Part shown: positions 12,613 to 23,700 of the stretch, one piece after another
How positions within the stretch are numbered: position 1 is the stretch's first letter
Layout of the letters: the number at the start of each line of letters is the position of its first letter
Assembly (NCBI RefSeq): GCF_000143415.4
Contig: NW_003314423.1
Span: forward strand, 93,072-157,071
DNA length: 64,000 bases
From: Selaginella moellendorffii
Taxonomy: Eukaryota; Plantae; Lycopodiophyta
Direction of reading: 5' to 3'
The notes under the pieces: model-generated
Told to the model about the DNA's origin: nothing
What the model saw: only the letters and a program-made list of their open reading frames with translations
The model's database searches: none
Made by a program: the position numbers and the translations under genes

Positions 12613-12982
12613 AGTACAAAAAGATATTCGTCTAGTATAAAATTCAAATGATTAGGGTCTCCCTTGTCCCATTCTTTTGTTATTGTTTATTGTTGTTCGA
12701 TCAGTGCGGACAGCAAGATGGGGAGGAGTGATTCGAAGTGATCATAGATCCTACAACTTACAAACGCTTCTTTCTCTTGCGAAGAGATGGGCACATTTTA
12801 TTTTCTTTGGTAGCACGAAGTGTGTGAGCAAGCAATACGTGTCTCACGCCAACAATGTGTGTGGCGATAGGCCGTGCGGGTGATTTTGATATGGATGCGT
12901 ATGGTGCGCGTACGAACCGGTGAGATCAGTTAACTCCCTCTGTTCTTGCAAGCTTATCCGATCTTGATCAACTTTGTCAGTG

Positions 12983-13669
12983 TCATTGCTTTGTCTCTTC
13001 CCGATCCACCTCGCGATCCCGATCGGTGCGAGCTCCAGGATCAACTACAATGACGATTTGAAGCTCGGATTGCTCCGATTGCTCTGGTGGTGTTGGTGCT
13101 GCTGCTGCTGCTGCTGTGTCAGTGGCAGTCGACTGTGATTTGCTCCCGGCGGCGGTGGCGGCAGCGGCGACTAAGCTCGTCCGGCAAACGGGGCAGAAGA
13201 GATGCTTTTGGAGCCACTCGTCGACGCAATCGCAGTGGAAACAATGGGAGCAGTGCGGAAGGAAACGGAGCCTGTCACTGGCAGGATCCAGGCGGCTCTG
13301 CTGCTGCTGGAAGTCTGTGAGACAAACAGCGCAGAATTCGCCACCCTTGATCCGCCCTGCCACCTCGCCCGCCCCCACAACCGGGATCTTCTCCAAGTGC
13401 CCCGCCGCCGCCGCTCCTCCTCCTCCGCCGCCGCCGCCGCTCCATTGCGAGCTGCCGCTGGCGGCACTGCTGTCGCCGCCGCCGCCGCCGCGGTCCAGCG
13501 ACACATACCTGCAAAAGTAGAAGGCGAGCAATGCGAGCGTGCAGACGATCGCGGCGGCGCCAATCGCGAGCGCCGAGGTGAAATTCTGGCCAATGTCATA
13601 GCCCGAGAGCGTGGGCGCTACGGCAGAGGCGGCGGAGGCAGCGGCGTTGGGAGGTGGCGCGCCAAGCAT
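12983..13669 (-). CDS. ATL-type RING-H2 E3 ligase, intronless
   Basis: TM ALAIGAAAIVCTLALLAFYFC, CAVC-x23-CSHCFHCDCVDEW-CPVC. Start at ATG 13669 (MLGAPPP); the ORF extends to 13765. Confidence 0.9.
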   Translation of the reverse strand: MLGAPPPNAAASAASAVAPTLSGYDIGQNFTSALAIGAAAIVCTLALLAFYFCRYVSLDRGGGGGDSSAASGSSQWSGGGGGGGGAAAAGHLEKIPVVGAGEVAGRIKGGEFCAVCLTDFQQQQSRLDPASDRLRFLPHCSHCFHCDCVDEWLQKHLFCPVCRTSLVAAAATAAGSKSQSTATDTAAAAAAPTPPEQSEQSELQIVIVVDPGARTDRDREVDREETKQ

Positions 13670-14334
13670 TTCTATCTTCCGGGAGATTCCAGCCAAGAAC
13701 CCTACGAGGAACAAGTTCTCGACCAAAACATTCCGCCCGTTTCTCCGCATTAAAAAGGAAGCCAACCATATATAGATCTAGCTGGCCAAACGTATAGCCA
13801 ACGGAATATGCACCGCCACATGGAGCAAAGAGAATCCGCCACGTGGCAGCGAGGGTCTACCGTACGGTACGGTGCCGTGATTTTAGCTCAAAAGAAGAAT
13901 TCTTTTCCCGGGGAAATCTAATGGGAGGTCCCGTGGGGTCAGAACTTTGTCAACGCTGGAGCCTGGAGCGACCGACACAAATCAATGCCAGAGACTTGCA
14001 TTGTTTGTTTGTATCCTTGTTCCAGTGGATAACGCTAGAGAACTCGCGAGCCAGATCTCCACGTCTCCTTTTTTTTGCCCGTGGATGAATGGACGAAGGC
14101 TCGAGAGAGATGGAGGTGGAGAAATGGAGGTGGAGAGATGGCGATGGCGCAGCGGCGGAGAGGCTGCCCAGTACAGAGACCACGCGCAAGGAATTGATTG
14201 TTTTGCCAGTCGAAGATTCACGCACCTAGTAGAAGAGTTTGGGCGAATCTTCATGACTTTGCTCCGAGAGCGACGGTTGCTTTGGCTATGCTTTATCAAG
14301 AAAGGGAGAGGGAGAAAAAAACAAAACTTGTCCC

Positions 14335-15450
14335 TCAAGGCTTTGCGTGATCTTCTTTGGCTGCTTGAGGAGCATCTGCTTGATCTGCTTGAGGAGTGTC
14401 GGCTTGATAGTGATCGTTCGGAGGATTGTCAGCACGGCTGAGCTCCTCGAGATGGGCTTGGATGTCCACACTGCGAGCTTGATCCGGAGAACCGTCGCTC
14501 TGGTCGTCAACTTTGCTGCTGCGTTTGAGCTCCTCGAGCTGGGCACGTACGTCGGCATTGAGATCGAATGGAATTTTGTTCTGCTTGAGAGCCTGCATAT
14601 AAGTGTAGAGCTCGTCCATGGTCAGCTCTTGAGACTTTTGATTCTGCGATAGCTCCGGGTGCGTCGCGAGTACTTGCTGGGTCACACTCTTTATCCTGTT
14701 CGTGGCTTCTTCACGCTGCCAGAGTCACAATTCAGGAGAAGAAAGAAAGAAAGAACGAGAGACAATCTTATAAACACTCGCTCACCGCCTGGATCATCAC
14801 TTGCTCCTTCTTCAAGAGCTCCTCATGGAGCGTACGGAAGACCTTTAACACCATTTGCTCCTGATTCCGCCGAGCTTCCTGCATCTGGCGATCGAGAAAA
14901 CCCACCAAAGCGATCACTCCAGGCTCGCTTCCAAGTATCTGGGATTTGGGCTCTCACCTCGCGAAGCACCGGATCTTCTCCCTTGAACACTATCGAAATG
15001 ATTCTTCTCACGCTTGTGACCCACCGCATTTTTCTAGCCTCCGTGCCCTAAACCCCTTCTTTGGATCCAAGCTAAATAACAAAAGTCTGCATTGCTTTAA
15101 TCATAGCCTATGGTTGATACATCCAGAGCTCCTCCTTGTCTTTAAAACTTGCCATCCGATCTAGATATTAGTAACTTGGGGAGAATGAGGAAGATAAATG
15201 GCTATGTTTCTATCCTCCTTATGCTCATTGTCTATGCTTTGAATGTGAATGGAAGCAAGGGTGATCTTTCCACATTTTTCTCTGATTTTCTGATTGAATT
15301 CACAAATTCTCTTGTGTAGATAGATGGGATGAACTTCTGAGAGCGGATGCTGAGCAAGCCAAGAGCATAATCCAGCGTGAGGTCGGAGCTAGTGTTAATG
15401 TTATAGTGCTTCCAGAGGATAGTTTTTACACTGGTGATTATCATTGGAAT
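14335..15450 (-). pseudogene. Spliced gene of unknown function (coiled-coil, acidic tail); 5' part disrupted
   Basis: GT-AG joins give ...IVFKGEDPVLRE|MQEARRNQEQMVLKVFRTLHEELLKKEQVMIQA|REEATNRIKSVTQQ...QADTPQADQADAPQA. Upstream exons carry stops. A 5' paralog lies at ~38695-39250. Confidence 0.5.
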
Positions 15451-15644
15451 AGAGTGAGGATTTTCAAAGATAAAAACAATAAGGTATCCAAAGTTCCAAA
15501 GAGAGGATAGAAAAATAACTATGGCCCAAGATAAATTTAATTTTAATATTTACAAAAGTGGCACAGTTATTTTAAATAAACATATATTTCCATTCATTTG
15601 TAATCTGATCATTGTTCCACAATCCTCCCATTAGTTTCCTAAAA

Positions 15645-17123
15645 ATGTCTTTGTGGTTTATTATTCTTGTATCATTCTCTTTAATTTCAAGCCGTGGCTG
15701 GGATCCAGACGCTGAAAGTCTTGTCCGTCTACAAATTTGGTAACTCTTACTCCGACACTGGCAACTAGGACACTGGATTTCCATACTTCAACATCTTCAC
15801 AATTCCCAGATCCCATTGCAACACTGCCCCTAAGGCAAGGATTTTATCGCAACAATCAACACTCCCAGGGAAGGTTTTGCAATGGATTGACTACCTCACA
15901 CCTCGGCTTCCCTCTCCTGTCCCCATACTTGTGGAGCATCACCATGGCCTCCAACTTCTACCGCGGCGCAAACTTTGCCTATGGAGGATCCACGGCCGCC
16001 TCGGTCTACGAGAACCACAACCCCTTCGATCTAGACGTCCAGGTCTTCAAGTTCTTGTGCCTCCAGCACCTGCCCAACACCACCTCTGGATCCCATCACC
16101 AGCTTATTTTTCGGATGCCCTCTTCGTGATCCAAGCCAGCTCTGCAGACTTCGCCTACATGTGAGGATGTAGTACATCCAAGATCACTGTATGGCTGAGA
16201 CACGTGGTGACACGTGGTGGATCTGGAGAGTCACAGACTCTCACCTGTGTATGTATGGTGATGATGATATTTGAGTGATAGAGTTTTTCTCTTCTTCCTT
16301 AGTTTTCAACATGGCATCGGAGCTCAAGGATTAAATCCTGGGCTGAATGGAGGAGGAAGACAATAAGCCCCCTGATCTGGAGTGGCTGTGAATTGCAAAT
16401 ATCAATATGGAGGTTTTCTTGTTTATTTTGTCTTGTGCAGGCAACCCTAAAATGGAGGCCGTTCTTGATCGAGACTGGCCTGGATTTGAATTGGAAGGGC
16501 ACTGCTTGCGGCACTGCTTGCTACCGCTGGAGACGATCTGATGCCCCTGCTGCTACAAGGGAAGGCTTCCTGGAGACTTGCTGATGCTGCCAAGAGGCTT
16601 CTCTCGGGAATTGCTGTGCGCAAAGGCCTTGAGGCTGATGGGAGAGATCACATTTGAGTGGGGGACATGGAACAAGATGCTGGTTCCTGATGGGTCCTAA
16701 TACAAGCTGGGCTGTGTGCAAGCTTGGGTACCTTGGAACTTGCTGCTACTCTTGTTCAACACCACAAGATGCTGATTTCATGAGCTCAGCTTTTCTCGGC
16801 TGAGTGGGGGGAGTGAGATAGGTTCACAATGGTTTAGCATTAATTTCTTTTTTCTGATCCAACCTTCGCATGATGATCTCGGCTGAGTGGGGGTGTGAGG
16901 ATGTAGTACATCCAAGATCACTGTACGGCTGAGACACGTGGTGACACGTGGTGGATCTGGAGAGTCATGACTCTCACCTGTGTATGTATGGCAATGATAA
17001 TATCTGAGTAATAGAGTTTTTCTCTTCTTCCTTAGTTTTCAACACTACAATCTCTTCACCCAGAATGTGAGCATCCAAAACATGACTGCGATGGTTGTGC
17101 CCATGGTCGCTGAGACCATCTAC

Positions 17124-17124
<1 letters not shown>
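15645..17124 (+). pseudogene. GDSL esterase/lipase pseudogene, interrupted by a TRIM and 3'-deleted
   Basis: Near-identical to 39388-40015 (LGFPLLSPY, GANFAYGGSTA) with frameshifts. TRIM at 16160-17044; joined to ECD sequence at ~17124. Confidence 0.88.
16160..17044 (+). mobile_element. TRIM (terminal-repeat retrotransposon in miniature), 885 bp
   Basis: TG...CA LTRs at 16160-16311 and 16894-17044. PBS TGGCATCGGAGC (iMet-like) at 16312; PPT TGAGTGGGGG. TSD CTACA, single in the paralog at ~39934. No ORF. Confidence 0.95.
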
Positions 17125-17727
<603 letters not shown>

Positions 17728-17995
17728 CGCGACGAACTGCTTCGATTTGGACGAGACAGAGACGGAGACAAAGCTTCCCTTGTAGAAACCAACGAGTGGG
17801 ACCGTGGAGTGTGCGGGCTCCACAGTTCGTTACAACTTAAGACCACACGTTTGGACGAGAATGCTGCTCTTGCAGGATCCGAGAATTATATACTTCAGTT
17901 ACCAGGTAGTCATTTTTAAATTTTATGTTTTCTCACCTCACATTTAGAATTCTTCTCCCAGATAATACTCAAAGCCACGATCTTGGAAACAGCAC

Positions 17996-18490
17996 GTGTT
18001 TCCATGGTTCCAGAGTGAGGATCTAGAAAAACAACTATATCACGAGGCAATAAAGTCCCCAAAGCTACCAAATGAAGCAGCAAACCAACAAGCCGAGGGA
18101 GATGGAGAAGTGGCCAAAGAGGACTGCAGGAGCAGCCTCCGCGTTGCTCACAGAGCTCCGTGGCTGCAGGCTCTCGTCCTTGGCGCCAACAATGGCCTGG
18201 TCTCGATAGCATCGCTCCTCCTGGGCGTGAGTGCCAGGAACAGTAACGAGCGCAGCATCATCCTCTTGGGCATCGCAGGCCTCATCACCGGCACGTGCAG
18301 CATGGCAGTGGGAGAGTTCGTGTCGGTGTCCTCACAGTGCGACACCAAGGTGGCCGAGATAGAGAGGGAGCGGCAGCAGCACGCTCCCGGCAGGAGATGG
18401 AGGAGCTGGCCCAGATATACGTGACGTGCGGACTGACGCCTGAGAGAGGTGGCAGCACAGCTCTCCGGCAAAGGCCAGGACGTGGTTAAA
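17996..18490 (+). pseudogene. VIT1/CCC1 (vacuolar iron transporter-like) pseudogene
   Basis: RAPWLQALVLGANNGLVSIASLLLGV...AGLITGTCSMAVGEFVSVSSQ, then frameshift and truncation. Confidence 0.85.
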
Positions 18491-19489
18491 GTTGGTGCTG
18501 GTTGGCGGAATGCTGCCCTTAGTCTTCAACAAGCTCTTTAACTTTAAGAGCTTTTAAAAATGAATAGGAGTTTAAATAAATGTGGAATATTTATATTCTA
18601 AGATTCTATTATTGTACAAAAAATATAATGATGTCCTACTTAAAACAAATATAAACCCTGGGAAGTTATCCATTAACTTTCTTCTAAACTTTAGATTTTA
18701 GAAAAAAATCTGAAGCACTCATTCATAAGAATAAACAATCAAGAAATTAAAAGTAAAATATTTCTCAAACACATTTTGCCTCCAAAGTAGTGTAGGTGTA
18801 TTGGATTGAGGGTTAAAAGATGTTATGGGTTTTCAAAATGAAATATGATAGAATACCTTTGTGTATATTATACATAATATTCACCATCTCCGTCTCATTA
18901 GCAATGGTAAAGGGATAATGAAAGAAATGATTTTGCTTGAGGTATAGACTAATGAGAGACTCACTAAAATATATATATAAAAAAAAGAGTGTTTATATCT
19001 GCTTGTTATATTGTGAGTGTATAAAAAATATGAAAATGAAATATAGAGATGTATATATTAATTAGTTCAAAACCCTTAGTTTATATATAGGACCGAGTGG
19101 TCTGGATTGAAACTAATTCGATACCTATAAAAATCCCACTATACTAATATTAGTATATAATATTGTAGTTGTACACTTGGACCTCACATCATCCTCTTCT
19201 TTTGAAAGGATGGAAAATAGTCAAAGTTCTATGATTAATGGGTTAGGATCTGGAGGAACATCAAAAGGAGGCATTAGTGGATCTATAGGTGGTGTTAGTT
19301 AATCCCTTTTTATGAAGTGTTTTAACTATTACAAATTAATCTATTAAATGTTATATTGAACTTCATAAACTTATGGTCCAACTTACTCCAACACTTAATA
19401 TGGTCTTTTCTATTGAGTAAAGGGCCCCTTAGACAAACCATATACTATAAGATTATGAAAATTGTAATGCACATAACTTTTACCTTTTA

Positions 19490-19950
19490 CCTTATAGTAT
19501 TTTACCATAGGATAACCATGAAGTAGAACGGTAAGGGTAGCAAAGCAGAACTTGAGTTCAAGGTCTTGGGCCACTGAACAAAGAGACAGAGCCTAACTCC
19601 CGAGCATATAGCCAAAGAGTGACAGAATTGAGCATGGAATAAGTCATGAGCATTCAGTTTAAGGAGTAAAGGAGCAGGAGCATGGAGCAATGTTGGAATA
19701 ATCTTAGAACTTCCAACTCCAATGCCAGGACTAATATGCAAAACAAAGTTAAATAGAGTTTAACATTATTTTAGCATACTAGTGGTTTAATGCAAGGATA
19801 TAAGTATTTCACCAGTTAGCATGGTATGGAATTTGGACTTGGACTTAAATTGGATGCAAAACAAGGATAGGCATGCACGCATAAACTAAACTATACTCAG
19901 ATTGGTCAGGTATACCCAATTTACCCACTATCCTTGGAACCCTTTACATT
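19490..19950 (-). mobile_element. Heavily decayed fragment of the same LTR family as 20721-21875
   Basis: tttaccataggataac, ttgggccactgaac, aactcccgagcata, ccaatgccaggac and tagcatgg(t)atggaa are colinear with the young LTR. Most differences are C>T or G>A. Confidence 0.75.
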
Positions 19951-20720
19951 ATTAATGCCAATACCTCCATTCAGGAAATGGAAGATGTTAATTTAAAAAA
20001 CGTTAACACCGATATGTGTGGCCAACCTCATCATATGCCCAATAGCTGACATCATGGCCATGACCATGTCTTTGTTTTTTTCCTTAAACACGAGCAACAA
20101 TAACATTAACCTTTATCAGAATAGGATCATCTTCTATAGAAAGTGGAGTTAAAGGATGTGTAACGAGAAATGGAAGAAGTGATATCTTATAACATTATGT
20201 TCGTTGAAAAGTATTATCAAGGATGGTTGGAGCAAATGCATATGCAAGTCAAACAAAATCTTAAGGTGGGCATAACATTCCCAACTTGATCCACTTCCAC
20301 ATAAAGCAAAAAGTTCTAAAAACAAATGCCAAATTGCATTATTGACTCAAATGGCCTTTAACAAAGATAATGCAATTATTAAAAGGCATTATCACAATTA
20401 TCAATATATTTAAATACACGTTTGAAGACATCTAGGAGAATACTCTAATCCACATAAGTGGTTGTGCTTAAACCATTGTACCACTATAATGCTGTTCCTT
20501 AAAGACATGTGGAAACTCATATAAATGCTAAGCATCATCCCAAGAATGATAGGTAACAATCACTGTAAAGTGATTAAACTAATGGTATGCATTATTTTAG
20601 GATTCCCATAAAAAAACTCTGACTAAACATGAGAATTGGTAATAAGAGCAAGAGGAGTTATAACAGATTCTATAAATGTTACTATCAACCTCTTTTAACT
20701 CTGGAATAGTAGTTGATGTA

Positions 20721-23700
20721 TGTAGCGCACGTGGTTTTGACCCTTTATCCTATGGTGATTTACCATAGGATAACACCACGAAGCGGAACCTAAACCCTCT
20801 TTGTGCCACGTGACGGATGCCACGTGTCACATGCCACGTGTCCATGCCACGTGTCCATAGGAACCCAAGGTTCAGGGCCTTGGGCCACTGAACGATAGAA
20901 CGGTGCCAAACTCCCAAGCATGGAGCCAAGGAGTGTCGAAACCGAACCACGGAGCAACTCCCGAGCATAAAGCCCAAGGAGCGAAGGGACAGGAGCCCGG
21001 AGCGACTTGGAACAGTCCTGGAGCAACCAGCATCCCAATGCCAGGACCAGCCCGCAAAACGGAGCCAAATGGAGTTTGGCGCTATTTTGGCATACCGGTG
21101 GCCTAACGTGAGGATATGGGTTCTCCCCCAACTAGCATGGAATGGAACTTGGGCTTAGACCCAACCCGGACGCAGAACAAGGACAGGCCCCCAAGCGGGA
21201 GCTAAATTTTGCCTCAGGTTGGTTGGCCATGCCCAACCTACCCCCTATCCCTTTTATACATTTGGAACCCCCCATAGCCCCCCCCCCCCCCCCCCTTGAG
21301 GAACACACGCTTTGGGCTTTCACCCCAAGCCTCCCTTAGTATCAGGAGTTAGTCTTTGGGACAAGCTCGAAACTTATTAAATATGGAATGTCCCTAGATT
21401 GCGAATTTGGACACGGGACGAACACCATTGTGTTCAGGACGATCTCTACATTCCGTAGATATGCCAAATGAGCAAATCTGGACACTTTCCACAAATAGCA
21501 TTTGGGACCGAAATGAGACTAACACAAAGGGCATGATAGCGAGGGTGTTTGGCAGACACGGTAAGCTATCATGTAGCGATATTGAGGGACCAATCTCAAT
21601 ACGCGAGGGTTCTTGTCAAGCCAGTGCAAGACAGAGCAAAAGAGAACTAACAAGCCGGGCCAAGTATGCTCAGCTAAATAGACACTTAGGAATTCCTTCC
21701 TTATGCTCATCCGGCCAAGTACAGATGCAAAGTCCAGTTTACTAACACTTGAACAAGAGGGGCTAATAAAGGGAACCAGCAATACCGACCTCCTGCCATC
21801 GTGGCAGTAAGGTAAGAGTGTCCGTAAGGACTAGTCGACAGGTAACTTTCGATACCCGAAGTCACATGCGCGACACTCTCCCCCCCTTGGGAAGATCGAC
21901 GTCCTCGTCGATGCATACTCGAGTCTAGAATACCGCCAAGGAAACAACTCCAGAAAAAGTTCACGGTACTCACACTATGTGAGAAATGCACCAACTTAAA
22001 TGAGTTAGGGGGCAACCTCTTTGTCTAACGCGGATGCGCTACCAGCTCACACATTCCGGCCGTCGCCGACAAGGAAATGACCAACGGAGTCAGCCACCCT
22101 TGCTGCTCTGGGAGTCACCCAGTGTACAAAAGTGTGATACACCCCTGCCCGCAGGGACATAGAGAGAGAAGCCGGAGGCCCCTAACCCTCCTGAGCAAAG
22201 AAACCAAACCCGTCGGTAAGGTTTAGATAGACTACTGTAAACAGGCAGTTAGAGTTGTTTACACGGTCACGCCCTTTGTCGCGAATGTGACTTCAGGTAT
22301 CGAAAGTTACCTGTCGGCTAGTCCTTACGGACACTCTTACCTTACTGCCACGATGGCAGGAGGTCGGTATTGCTGGTTCCTTTTATCAGCCCCTCTTGTT
22401 CAAGTGTTAGTTTACTGGGCTTAGCACCTGTACTTAGCCAGATGGACATAAGGTAGGAACTCCTATGTGTTTCTAGCTGAGCATACTCGGCCTGGCTCTT
22501 AGTTCTCTTTTGCTCTGTCTTGCACTGGCTTGACAAGAACCCTCGCGTATTGAGATTGGTCCCTCAATATCGCCGGATGATAGCTTATCGTGTCTGCCAA
22601 ACACCCTCGCTATCATGCCCTTTGTGTTAGTCTCATTTTGGTCCCAAATGCTATTTATGGAAAGTGTCCAGATTTGCTCATTTGGCATATCTACGGAATG
22701 TAGAGATCGTCCTGAACACAATGGTGTTCGTCCCGTGTCCAAATTCGCAATCTAGGGACATTCCATATTTAGTAAGTTTCGAGCTTGTCCTATAGACTAA
22801 CTCCTAATACTAAGGGAGGCTTGGGGTGAAAGCCCAAAGCGTGTGTTCCTCAAGGGGGGGGGGCTGTGGGGGGTTCCAAATGTATAGTAGGGATAGTGGG
22901 TAGGTCGGGCATGGCCGACCAACCTGAGGCATAGTCTAGCTCCCGCTTGCGTGCCTGTCCTTGTTCTGCGTCTGGCTTGGGTCTAAGCCCAAGTTCCATT
23001 CCATGCTAGTTGGTGGAGTACCCATGTCCTCGCGTTAGGCCACCGGTATGCCGAAATAGCGCCAGACTCCGTTTGGCTCCGTTTTGTGTGCTGGTCCTGG
23101 CATTGGGATGCTGGTTACTCTAGGACTGTTCCAAGTCGCTCCGGGCCCCTGTCCCTTTGCTCCTTGGGCTTTACGCTTGGGAGTTGCTCCGTGGTTCGGT
23201 TCCGTCACTCCTTGGCTTCGTGCTTGGGAGTTTGGCACCGTTCCTTTGTTCAGTGGCCCAAGGCCCTGAACCTCGGGTTCCTGTGGACACGTGGCATGGA
23301 CACGTGGCATGTGACACGTGGCATCTGTCACGTGGCACAAAGAGGGTTTAGGTTCCGCTTCGTGGTGTTATCCTATGGTAAAACACCATAGGATAAAGAG
23401 TCAAAACCACGTGCGCTACATTTGGTATCAGAGGATGAGTCTCAGCGAGTACTATTCAATGAGATTGGGCAACTAGTCTCGTTGCATACGCAGAGATGAA
23501 AACGATGATCCGAGTGGGTACACGTTATGGTGCAAAGACTTCGCATTGGTTCCTTGGGATAGGTTTTGGGTTACCTTGTTGTACCTTATGATGTGAGCTT
23601 GCGCTTGGGCTCATAGGATGGTTTGGAGATGTTCCATTTGCACGAGTTTGAGCTTGGGCTCATGAGTGAGGCGCATTAGCAACTTGAGGTTACACTTTGA

